Source: Zygnema circumcarinatum SAG 698-1b (Eukaryota > Plantae > Zygnematophyceae). Taken from it: a DNA stretch of 64,000 nt. The stretch's first letter is position 1. Every line of letters begins with the position of its first letter. This document shows, piece after piece, positions 1 to 12,322 of the stretch. The notes beneath the pieces are model-generated. The model did no database searches. It saw only the letters and a list, made by a program, of their open reading frames with translations, and was not told where the DNA came from. A program made the position numbers and the translations under genes. The stretch spans positions 4,255,909-4,319,908 of the forward strand of contig CM074804.1 in NCBI GenBank assembly GCA_037447605.1. Direction: 5' to 3'.

Positions 1-3000
1 TTATCGTCGCATTCTGAGCCTCAGAAGATAAGAGTCTTGTGAAGGGTGTGAGCTTTGGCTTCACTCCGAGCAGCACTGCAAGCACGGAGGAGCTTCTCCA
101 GAAGCAGACAGGACCGGCTCCAAGGAGAGAGACGGTGGTCTTAGTGAGAACAGAGCTGCAGTTTATCCTGCTCGAATGTTTAGCCCCTGCACGGTCAGTT
201 GAGGATGTGAAGGTGACCGAGATTCCGCGCTGTGTCATGTCAAATAGAGCAGATTCTATGACAGGAGCCCTTTGAGGCAGCACAGTGAGTGTAGCCGGAC
301 TCCCCCCCACCTGAACACCTCCCACAGCGGCTGAGATACTGAGAGAGCTCGCCTGCGAGGGCTGGCAAGCGAGCAGAATTCCGCCATTAGGAACATTCAC
401 AAGCGAGGAGTTTGCTAGTGCAGGATCTGCAACTTGTACGGGAAGCGGATCGCCGGATGAAAGCTCTATCACAGTAACTTCTATGTCCACTCCAATTGTC
501 GCATTCACCAAGTTGAAGTAGGCATCCCTCGCTACAACCACAAAGTACACAACTGATCCCGCAACCCCTCCAGCAGGTGCTAGCAAAGACGTGCCTCTAG
601 CTGAGGTGGGGCCCGCGAGGACTGTGAGGTTAAACGGGCTACCGAGGGGTTCAATTCCAGAGGCAGCCTCTGCCACTGTTACTGCCACTGTTCCCGCGCT
701 AAAAGCAGACAGTGTTCCCGTGTAGGGGCTCGAGGGGCCGGACTGCAGAAGGCCGGCCACTTCTGAACGTCCGATTGGGGGAGTCAAAGTGAGTGTGAAA
801 GTCAGGTCTGGGCTGGTGTACGGATTCCCATACGCATCAGCAGCAGTGAGGTTGAGCATAGCCGAGCTTCCTGCCTGTATGGTGGTCGGAAACACACTCA
901 CACTGCTGATGCCTCCATAGAATGCGCCTGCCATGCTCCAAAGAACAGATCATGAAAACATGAATCCCGAGGATGCTACTTTACCAAGCACAGCAGAATT
1001 TTTTAAAGATGTCGAGCTTGCTAGTGTCTCACCTGGGCGTATAGTCAGCGGGCTGGAGGCCACCTCAGTGCCATTGAGATGAAGTCGTAGCAGATAAGCT
1101 CCCGCAAAAGTGGCTTGATAGCTGCCTATGTAAGCTCCCATGCTGGAGACTCTCGGAATAGAAGTCATGACAACCTGGGAGTCGCAGAAGCAGCACAAAA
1201 GCAAAAGCAACGTGCGTCACTTTAATATACGAATTGAAGATAAAGCGAAGCTGAGATTCGGCTTTCTTTAACGCTACTCGCTTGGTTTCCAAATCTAGCC
1301 CCATCCATCTCAGCTTTCATACTCAATCTCGGACATTCAAGAAAGAAATTCTCCAGCCCCTTCTAAAAATTTGAACTCCATTGAAACGCCGCCTCACTGT
1401 TTTTTTTGGCTTCAATAATATTAATCTCCAAAATTTACTAAAGATGGTTTTTTCTAAAAGTAAAAAAAAAAAAAATACCTCCAGCCACTATGGTTTCAAT
1501 TTGAAGTCCAACTTTGCACCCAATGGAGGGGGAGAGGAACAGAGAGGGCAGCGAGTGGTACGAGTGGGCGGAAAAGCGATGTGCATTACCTTTGCAGTGT
1601 CTTCCCGCAGCAGATCAAGAGTAAGGAGGTCTGCTTCCTCTCCCGTTTCGTGTGCTCGCAGTTGACCGCTTTCATCAAACGTCTGCACTGTGACTGATCC
1701 AACAGTCCCAGCATGCGTACTAAGTGTACCGGAATATGTCAAGGTTGCATTGACAGCTGGGCCTGCCGTAGAGAAAATCATCCAAAAAATGTAATAGGAT
1801 CAGGTGGATTAGGATTAGGTTTGATCCAAGGCAACGCTGCTCATTACCATCAAAATATAGCAACGAGATTGCTTGCAAGTTCAGAAGACGACATGGACAA
1901 AGACTGGAGCATGTACTGAATGACACAAACAGCTGTGGTTGGGAATCCTTTGCCTGCCTGCTGACACGCCCCTAACGCTGACTGCAAACAAAACGCATCA
2001 CTACGAGGTTGCCAAAATGCACATTGAAACAACTTCCTATATTGCACTCCCTGTCCAAAACAAGTCAGAATGATGGTACTACTCCTTCCATGAGCCCGAG
2101 CATCCCCTCAGAAAGCTCAGCATCTTAACCTCTTTCCACGCTAAAAAACCTTACAGAAAATCGTGGAATCACCTGGAGGAATGACCAGCTCAAAGGTGCC
2201 CCCTATGTAATCCCTCGCAAGGGCATATGCCACTGTGTACCTCCCCGCCTTCGGCGCTACGACGGAGACGTTGATTTTTCCGCGAACAGTTGAAGTGAAG
2301 GTGACGGAGCCCCCTCTCTCCCCCCACGAGGTCCCTTCAAACGGCCCCACATTGACAAGAACATCTGCGAGTGCCAAGGGGGAGGCAATGGCATGCATGT
2401 CTCTTCCCTCCATTTGGAAAACAGTCGGTCCGGACTGAACCGGCAGGCCGAGTAGCGCAGACCCAATCTCTTCCTGGAAGCTGTTCAAAGCAACCACCGT
2501 TTCTGCACTTCCAATCGTTGGCTGAACACTGACAACATAGGTTCCCAGACCCAAAGGTTGTGTTCCGGCAGTCACTGTTACTGTCACATCGAAGGCAGAA
2601 GTAGAGGAGCTGCTTATTGAATATGTGATGAGGTAATAGCAACCTTTGCCCTTGGTCACATTGTACGATGACAGTGATTGAGAAGGAGAGAATGACAGCT
2701 TTGGGACAGTTCCTGCTGCTTGCGACCTGTTGAGCGGAAAGCCTTCAGAATCGCGCAGACAAACTCCCACTTCTGCTAACCTATTCATGACAATACCTCC
2801 GAAAATCCCAGATCCGAAAATAGTCGATCTTGCTCCGTTTAATTCTCCAGCTGCCACAATGGTGCTTGGAACACGAGCTGTTGAATTAGATGACACCAAA
2901 AAGCTGCCAAGGGTGAGCCTTGCCTGCAGGATTCCTGCCGCTGAGGGTGTGAGCACAACAGAGTACAGCCCACTCGTGCTGCTGCTGCTACTCACAGTGA

Positions 3001-6000
3001 AGGTCTGCTGGACTTCAATTCCCTTCCCTGTGCTCTCACTCACGTAGCCGATGACTACCGAAAGTGCTCCACTCTGCAGGAACTCACCATATCCTGCCAC
3101 TCCATTTAAATATATGTCCTGAATGAGAATGCTGAAAGAAAATGATTCTCCTCTGGTAGCAACAAACCCTTCGCCCAGTCCGGACATTACCGTCGTGAAT
3201 GCATAAGGTTCCCGGGAGCTCACAAGAAGTGTGACATTGCCTTTGTTTACGACTTGATCATTCGCTTTTACCATTATGCCATATGTCCCTGTTACAAGCG
3301 GCTTGAGGTTTATCTGGTAAACTGCACCTCCACCAGGCTTTACTTGTAGTGAGCCCGCGGAAAGCCCCTGATCTACATTCCCACTAGGAACTTCATAAAG
3401 CTCTCCAGTGAAGGGAATGTCTGTGCTGTTGACTTGATTCCCATATAAATCTAAGGCAACTGCTCGGATAGAACATTCATCGCCCGCTTTCACTTCGATA
3501 ATCGGTGGCCCAAGAACAGCACTAGTTGTTGGGCTAATGGCCCCGGGAAGGACCTCAACCAGTGAGGACGAAACAAGCTCTCCCTGATACAGCACCTGAA
3601 CTGTTGCAGGCCCTGCAGTAGTGGCTGTGTAGGAAGCTCCATACACACCATCAGCAGAGGAAGAGGTCATCAAACCGTTCAAAACAAACCCTCTTTGACC
3701 AAACAAGCGAAATTCGAAGACATCTGAGCTTCCTGTTCTATTGATGCCATTCGCATCCACTGATTGAACGTAAATGGCAGAGGATACGCCCGCAGTGGCT
3801 GAAACGAGCCCATCTCCAAAAGCCAAACTTGTCGCAGCAGCAGCGTTGCCGGCCACAGCGCTAACGCTGAATGGGGAATTTAAAATATCTTCACCAAAAA
3901 ATCGCACTCTCACTTGAAATGAGCCGCTCCGAGGCGGTGCATACTCGACCGAGTAGCTCCCATTTCCAAAGTCTGTAATTGTGGAGGGCCTAACGACCGA
4001 ATCAGAGGCATTTGGGCGGCCGCTGGGGTAGATTAACACATCCCAGGGAGCCCCTCCATAGACGAGTGCTGTGCCGTTAAGGTCAAAAGTTGTGATCTGA
4101 AAGGTGGTGCCCACCAGTGCTTGCAGTGTGGCTTCACTCACACCCGGCCCGCTTGCGAGGCAGTTGGGGGGATATAGATACGCTGTCGAAACGACTGTCT
4201 CCACTCCAAAAAGGTCAGGCAGGACATTAGCGGGAAAGGTTGAATTTTGGTTGCTGCCTGTGGAAGGCGTGACAGTGACCACCACCGGCCCTGCAGCTGC
4301 TCCCACAAAGTCGCCCGAGATCTTGAAAAAGAGGTTGTATGTTCCTGGAATGTCTGCTTGGAAGATGGCCAAGTAGCTGCCATTGTAGAAGTTCTGCACA
4401 ACAGTTGTGACGTTGATGCTCGAATTGGAGGTTTCCTGAGCAGTGAAGATGAGAGAGATAGGGTCCGCCAGCAAGTCATAAGGGCTGACATTCCCGGCCA
4501 CATCTCTTGTCGTTATGCCGACTGCCAGAATCTCGCCAGCCGCCACACTCAAAGAATCCACCGCTGTGTCGATAGTGGAGCGTGCTGCCACAGCAGCGCC
4601 TCGGAAAAAGGGAACGTAAAAGGGACTGGCAGAGATAGCAGCAGACTTCGACTCATTTACAGCGAGCCTGACTGTTAGCTTGTACACGTTGTTATTGGGA
4701 TTCTCCACAGTTTCATAGCTCAGTTGAAAGGCCCCTCCGCCTAAGGGGGTGCTTTGTAATACTTGGCCTGGGGTATCCAAGGTCTTCACTGGAGTTATAA
4801 GCAGTATCGGATCTATCAGCTCTAGCGATGCGTTTTCAGCGGCACTCTGAAATCGCCCCTGCGTTGACACTGACTGAACTGTGAACAGTGACGGAACTCC
4901 ACCGACAGAGCGGAGCAATCCTTGGCCAAACGCATAGGAAAGAGTGGGAGATGTTTCAGCGCTGATCACCGTTATATTCAATGGTCCTCCCGCTACTAGC
5001 CTGCCTCCAAGATACGCCTGCACTGCGACCGTTCCCGGACTCATCAGCACTGTTCCTGTAGCATTTGCTGAAGCTGCCGCATCTTCCATGGGCCGAGAGG
5101 TGAGGTTAGAGAGAGCAAGCCCGTTTGGAAAGCTCCCCCCCACTGCGCTGTAGACGAGCATGGATGCATCCACAGTCGGCACCGAGTTGTTGAAGCGGTC
5201 TCGGGCATCCAAGCTCACCATTGGGGAGTTTCCAGCAACGACAGTTTCAGAAAGGAGGGCAAAAGTCGACATGAAAGGGACAGGTGCCCCTGCTAACACT
5301 TGGACCTGAGGGGCTACTTTGAAAATTTTACTCTCATTCAGTGTCACCTGCAGAGAGAAGTTTCCTGCTACTGTAGCGTTGAAGGTTGCAATAAGATAGC
5401 AGGAAGCAGACAATCTCGGGCAAAGAGGCAGAGAGCACTGAGAGCTAGAATTGCATGAGCCCACCGTAAGGGCATTCCCAACGTCTCCCACCAAGCCACT
5501 GGAGTCAACGGGAGTCAACGTGACTACGCAGCTGTCCAATTGGCTCGGAGCTACAGGATTTTGGTAAGTATCGAAGAGATATATCTCCAGCTCCCTCTCC
5601 TCCCCAGCTGTCATTATATTGGAACCGGCCCCAATCATTCTTGTAAGTGCCGGATCAAACGGTCCAGGATACACGACCAGTTTTCCTGAACCCGCGATGA
5701 TCTCGCCATTCAATGTCCCGGAAATCTGATACCTCCCAGCTCGAGTTAACAAGAGTTCTGCATTGAAGCTGTCGTTTGTAACTTGTGCGAAGGATACTGT
5801 CCCAGAAATGGTGCAGGAGGAGGGGGACGAGGAGTTGTTGTCCATGCATCCTCCAGGAGCGATGCATGTCGCAAGTGGGACTGCAGCCGCTGCAAAGGAA
5901 TCAGCAGGATAAGCAGGAAGGCGGTAGGCTTGAGAATTGCCAAAGGAGTCCTGAGCAACAAAAGGTATTCGAACAAGCCCCGCTGCTGGAGAGGAGGGAA

Positions 6001-9000
6001 AGGACCCAAGAGAACTGGTAACAGTCGATGTGCTCGCAGGGATAACTGTAACCGTAGGCACATTTGCGTCTTCCAGAAGAAGTTGCGGGCTTCCTGGACA
6101 GGTCTGGCAGGAAAGTTGGTAAGTACCGCTCACAGTTGCATTGAATGTTGCATTCCACGAAGTGCCGCTGTAGGGACCAACATCGAGTGTGATTGAATCT
6201 TCAGAAAATTGCAAAAACATGAGGAGTTGTGTTGTGCTTAAGCTCGAATCTGAGACTGCAACCAGACCATTCGCATCAAGCGGAATGATTTCTAGCCAGC
6301 TCAACGCCCCTGCTTCTACCACAGCCTGCAGCCTGCGAATGACCAGCCGTGCTATGACACCAGATTGTAAAACACCTGTCAGTGCGAACGGCTCTTGATT
6401 GCCGATAAGAGTGCCATTGATCGCGACGTAAGCCAAGTAATCGCCGACTTCCGGAAGTATATAAGTTACTAAGTAAGTGCCATCATTGTTGTCTGTTATG
6501 TTAACAGGCACATCTCCGAAAGATAGAGGTATCAGTAACGAGATAGAAGCAGAAGTGGTGGCATTCACTATCACAATTTGGACAATATCCCCGCCAGTTG
6601 TCAATTGGTTTCCGTATATGTCACGAACGATAACCAAGAGTGAAGAGATAGAAGCAACTGTCCCCCCTTTGGTGCCGGCCCCTAATGCATAGCTTCTTGC
6701 AGCATTGCTCGTTGCTGGCACAATTTCCATGATGATTGGAGCAGATTCGATCCCGACCCCATTGAGGGAGACATTCACAGACAGTTGACCGGAAGTGGCA
6801 CCGGTGTTGAACGAGACAACATACTTTCCAGGCGAGGCACCTGCGCTTATAGTGCTGGGAACGGACTGAGAGCTGCTCCCAAACGTATTCTGTTTTTCAA
6901 TCACAACGGTGAAGTTTTCAGCAGCGTTAGCAGTCGGATTTCCGAACTTATCCCGAGCTATAAACTCGTACTCTACATCCGTACCTACAGGAGCCGACCA
7001 GGGCTCAGGGTCAGAAAAGGTGGTGAACGCAGGGTCGGGATCGCCTGCAAGAATCAGCACTGAAAGTGCAGAGCTGTTGTAGAGATTCTGTCCTGCCCTG
7101 TTAATTGCAATGGAGCCCTGATACGTTCCGGCGAAGGCAGAAGAGAAATTCAACGCATATGTTCCAGAATCTGTAGTACTCAGACTGATAAAGACGGGAA
7201 GCTGTAGGGCGGGGGCTGGAGAAGGTCCGGAAAGGAACGCCCACACTGCATCCTCTTCATCTACACCTGCAAATGTACCGGATGAATCCAGTACATTGAG
7301 TTGTAGCTCTCCTTCTTTGCCTGCTGTGTACTGGGCACTTTGTGAAGCAGTAAGGTCAACAGGAGTTGGTAATGTGGCAGTGAAGTAGCTTGGAGAAGTA
7401 AAGAAATGCCTTCTTCCGCCTGGTGCCGCTATGGCGGCAGTCACCAAATATGCACCTGCTTCCTGCAATAAATCACCCGCTCTCACCGTTCAGTTAAGAA
7501 GATTTGGCAAGACGCAAACAGCTCATAGGTTCTTGAACCCAATCGATGAAAATTGTTGCATTGTTCATGAACCGAACTTTCACGCCCGATCCGAAGTGGA
7601 ATGACAGGATACTAACCTCAACGGAGAAGCTTGTATACAGGATGCTGTAATCAACAATGCTTCCGTTTTCGAATACATCAAACAGTGATGTCAGTTCCTG
7701 CGCACTTGGCAGCGGCCCTGTCACAGTCACTCCACTCCCTGAGCCCACTGCAATGCTGAGATTCGCCACCTTGTTCCCCCCACTCTGAAGAGATAGCTGA
7801 ATGTATGCCGGAGCGCCTACAGGAACCTCTCCAAGACCTGTCCCGCCAATGGAAGCAGCCGTTCCTTCAAAAGGGTCGACAATATCAGTGCTTGTAGCCA
7901 GCAGCCTGCGACTGCCAAATACCTTTGCGGCACTCTGCCTTTGTTCGGCTGCTTGGAATACGCAAAACTCAGGATTGCTGCCCATGCCGGATAAAGCTGA
8001 AAAGTTGCTCTCTTGGACCTCCTCTTCTGCACAATGTCAGAACGAGCTCGTCAGCGTCAGGGCCAGTGCCACCAGCTTCATTTGCAAATCGTTGATATTG
8101 AAAGAGGCCAAGGACACTAATTGAAAAACGAATGCTGGCAGACTGAGCAACCGCCAATCAAATGATGAAGCTAATTCGGTGATAAGTCTGCCACTTCAAG
8201 ATTATTCACCTGTTTCTAATTGATAACTTCCCACTAAGAGCAAGCATACAGTAGTTGGACAAGGCAAAAACACTGTATTAGTTGTTGCTAGCCTTGAGCA
8301 ATGCTGGAAGTCACTCCTGCAGGAGGCGAGTATTGAGAGGAGAGAGTGACGAAGCTAAGGAGAAATGGGTGGGGAAACGACGGGAGATGGTAGAAGAGAG
8401 GAAGGAATAAAAAGAAATGTCTTGTGAATGTCACAAGGGGAACATATCGCACCTGTGAACTGAAATGACGGGCCCGACGGAGTAAATTGGATCCCATCAA
8501 CACTCGCATGCAACGAAACTGTGCCTCTCTGCTGCACAGCTCCCAAGTTGTGACACCGTCGGCCTGAGAAAAGCAACCCTAAAGCCAAGACTCTTGCTAA
8601 GAACCTTCCAGAAGTAAATAAATGTGTGAGCGAGCAGAGAGAGAGAGGGGGAGGGAAGAGGAGAGAGAGATAGCTATTTTATGACTGCTCTAATCCTATC
8701 CAGAACGGACTACTTTTTGCGAGTACGAAAATCAGTGTGCATATGCAAAGTCAAATGAAGATGCTCTTGATTATCATGCACTGTAGGAGGACTGGGCAGC
8801 TTACGCTAAGTCTGGGCACTCGGCAGAATATCAGGAAGACCTTCATGGAGTCAGATAATCTTTCGTCTGCGTGGTCAACTTGAGAGATAGTCTCCTCTCC
8901 TGCAGACGCGGAATGTTCGGCTATCACTTGTTCAAGGCCGAACCTGAACATTCAAGAAAAGGACGGCCTGTTTAAAGAGGCTGCCAAACCGTGCAACCAA

Positions 9001-10178
9001 ATGGGGTCCATCATGAAATGAACTTTGAATTGAAATTAGCCACCAAATAATGAAGTTGACTGTCATCGGTGCCTTTAGCCCCAAAATAGGAGCTACAATG
9101 GAAACTATTTATCCTGCATCTGTGTCCCCAAGGATCCATGTAGTCCCCCACCCCCCCACCTGCTCGTTGCATGGCATCATTTTTTATTTACATGCTAATT
9201 ATGACCAAAATTGAACAATGCTGCAAGGGAGATAAGCATGGCTTCCCGGACATCCTTTAAATCACCCAAAGACGATCCATCCTGATCACCTCAATCAAGA
9301 TCATAGTTTAGCAAGATGCACCACCATACCTGCAGAAGACTGGACCAATTGGAATTGAGACACTCAAAAGGCGGACCTCCACTCGGGTTCCTTCAGACCC
9401 TTTCGACGGATTGATTCCCTCGATGCATACTCGTGCCCCTGCGGCCACCTTGCATTTTACTACTTAGAGAGCTCATTTTCTTCGCAATACTGAAGCATTC
9501 AGGTCCATACTAGTTTTTGGAAAACAAGTGCCAATAGAAAATTAGTCCTGACAGAGTACTTTGCCCTCACGCAAAGCAGTTCAACTCTCGCTCAAATTAG
9601 AAGAAATGATTCTAGACCGTTTGAGTTATCTATATTCTTTCAACCGTAAGCCTGGTTACTAAAAAAAACTTGGCTTGAAAGTAGCTGCCAATGAGAGTAT
9701 CGACGGGCCCTGCTCGTCCCTTCTGCCCAATCACCTCTCGTTATTTCCGTCTCCTCCTTTCAAATCTCCAGCCTTCTCCCCGCGCCCCAAAAGGTCGCCC
9801 TGCCTGATTCTACAATAGAGCATATTTTCTGGTTCTCAGATGATTCACGCTAGGCAGGCCTCGGTGGTACCATTCCCTCTAATGACTTGTGCAACTGGGA
9901 CGCACCTGCCTGAAAGCCGCTATCCCCATACTTGAGAATTTCAGTCACTCGTCCCTCCTCAACCTCTTTGTTCCTGCAGTCCAGCTCCCAAAAGGAAGCC
10001 ACAAGCTGACTGGCAAGGACATAAAGCCTGGCGACGGCCTTAGAAAGACCGAGAAGGAGCAAAATGGATGCGGAGTAGAAAATGCGAGGACTCAGAATAT
10101 TGGATTGCGAGTGTTTAATGCTTTCTTCGCTCCCAAGCTCAACGCAGGGAAGTTGAAAAGGCAGTATTTTGCACAAAC
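1..10178 (-). CDS. Giant multi-exon filamin/Ig-repeat surface protein (IPT/TIG-like N-terminal domain, ~17-19 filamin-type repeats, REJ-associated region at window edge); start unresolved, 3' end beyond the window
   Basis: Phase-consistent GT-AG exons: 10178-9906, 9438-9330, 8943-8805, 8531-8453, 8026-7617, 7462-2173 (5.3-kb exon, the 1781-aa ORF), 1762-1590, 1174-1033 and 927-1 (open). Recurrent filamin-like motifs include IARDKFGNP, IVRDIYGNQ, TDNNDGTYLVTY, VAQDSFGN, DFGNGSYSVEY..GSFQVRV..GEDILNSPF and AADAYGNP. The IPT-like segment reads IEGINPSKGSEGTRVEV..VFCRFG..FCRVP..VSLHASVDGIQFT..FQFT. Confidence 0.85.
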
Positions 10179-11289
10179 CTGCCGGGAGTTAGCTGCCGTT
10201 TCACCTCGTTCGGATGTAAGTCAGGGCCTGCACCGATCCTTGTCTCCGCTAAGCTCGTTTCAGTTAAGCTGAGCTGCTGGCCTGACTGCAGCTCAATTGG
10301 TACATCACTCTCACCGAAGACTCCGTCATTTGCATCAATGGGCCATTGATGGTCCCCCAAAAACACGTCGCCATAGCTAGTTTGCCCATCGCCTGGTTCC
10401 AGCAGCAGGGAACGAAACGCATGTTAAGTGTGTCGAAGCATACATTTTACTACTTTGACTCCCCGCAGGCAGGTCGGAAGGGCTTTAGGTATTAGAATAA
10501 AAAATTGGACGAGAAAGAACAAGAAAAGTTCATAAATAACCTTGGTAGCAAACTTCTCAAGGAGTATAAAGTGAAATGAAGGATTTTTTAAGAGGAAAGG
10601 CTTACAAGGGGGGATAAGAGCGGTGACGAGTGCAGAAAGAACGCAGATCCTAAACGAATTACATAGAAATAAGTTCACGTTTCTATGAAGCCGTGATTGT
10701 GGGCATCCCCTGCAACTTGCGGCAGGGCTGCCCATCATTTAAAAGCAGAGGAATGTGAAGCAGGCTAAAGACTATGAAAAGACAGAGGAAACAAATGAGG
10801 GATGAAGAGTGAGAGATAGAGTGAAGGGGATAGAGCCGGGGAGAGGGAGAGGGCGAGGCAGAGGGAGAGGAAGGAAAGGAAGAAGAGAAAGAAGAAGAAA
10901 GGAAAGTGCAGAGAGGACGAGCAGAGGGCCGGCCAGCGCGCCCCCTGGACTGGAGCGAAAGCTTGGAAGCAGCCGTTGGTGGCCCGGCCCGCGACAACTA
11001 CCCCCCCCCAGTTTGAATGCGCCCTCCGCCCCGCCCGGCCCGGCCCGCGCACTCACTCGCTCGCACTCAGTCTCGCGGCCGCGTTCAAAAAGCTCCCACT
11101 TGTACAGTACGGAGCCACAGACCACAGATGTACGGTGGCTCTATGAGCAGCGTGTCGTACCAGGGGGGAGGCTCTTGGAGGACGCTGCGGCCGGCGGTAT
11201 CGCGCCTGGGGACGCGACGAAAAAAAAAAAAAAAAACTCGGTACGTAGTCGGGCCTTATCGACGTTTTCGGGCGGCGCTGACCGAGCGG

Positions 11290-11590
11290 GGAGCTGCCCG
11301 CTGAAAGTGTACGGCGGTACGGGCAGGCATGAAGTATTTTCCTTGCCCGAGGGGCTGCCCGCTAGGAGTGTACCGCGGTCCGGCCAGGTGTATAATGTTT
11401 TCCCTGCCTGGGGGGCTGCCCGCTGGGAGTGTACCGCGGTTCGGGCAGAAGTGTTTTTCTTGCCCGGGGGGCTGCCCGCTGGGAGTGTACCGCGGTTCGG
11501 GCAGAAGTGTTTTTCTTGCCCGGGGGGCTGCCCTCTGGAGTGTACCGCGGTCCGGGCAGGCGTGAAGTGTTTTCCCTGCCCGGGGGCCGC
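11290..11590. repeat. GC-rich minisatellite, 5 units of 55-61 bp
   Basis: Core GGGCTGCCCGCTGGGAGTGTACCGCGGT..GGGCAG(A)AGTGTTTT recurs. GTGTAC starts at 11307, 11368, 11429, 11485 and 11540. Confidence 0.9.
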
Positions 11591-12322
11591 GTCGGGCGAC
11601 TCGGGCCTCCCTCCCCCCGGGTTGCCGTTGGCCGCCCGCGCGCTTGTGATTGGCCGAAGTTTGAAATCCGAAGGGCAGAGGCGCTTGCCGCTGGAGGGAC
11701 ACACGTGCGAACGCCGCACTGCGCAGTTCTGTGCGGGAGGGAGGGAGGGAGGCGGTCAGGCACGGTCCGTTTGTCGGTGCCTCGGCGCAAGCAGGTCCCC
11801 GAGCCGAGTAGTTGTTAAAGGAACAAATGTTGTGCGGCAGGAAGTGGACCATGCGCAGAATGGTGGGAAACAATCGCAAAGCAAATTCTGCCCACCATGG
11901 AATGTCACAGACCGAAAAATGGAACATGTTGTACTACAATATATGAAGCTAGAGGTGTACTCTAACCGAACTACAAATGCAAGCAAAGCACACATGAAGT
12001 CTACAACAGTGACAAAAAAGTGCATCCGCTAAAAAAGTACAGTCACAACTTTGAGCGCGGTAATTATTTTCTCAACTACAAAAAACAGAATAAAATTAGA
12101 ATAACGGGGAAGGTGAAAGGAGAGTGGGGAAAGAAAAACACAAACATTACATGCAATTAAAAAAGCGAGACATAATAGTGGGGAGAGGACTTAGTCGAGC
12201 TATTTATTTACACAAAAGTAGTGCCGATGTTGTCTAACTTGAGATCCTAATCACATTAAGAGCCTTTCCTTGTTGCAAAGTGATTTCTTCTCAGCTTACA
12301 CTCTATATTTAACAATGCACTC

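Noticed and set aside
11290-11590. Possible CRISPR-like array (also considered for 59631-60083)
   Set aside because: Units are contiguous degenerate repeats without unique constant-length spacers. There are no cas genes and the context is eukaryotic.
10765-12032. Long ORFs (407 aa +, 223 aa -, 192 aa -) over the GC-rich island
   Set aside because: They are open on both strands because of high GC and the minisatellite. The translations are repetitive, with no domain signal or splice context.
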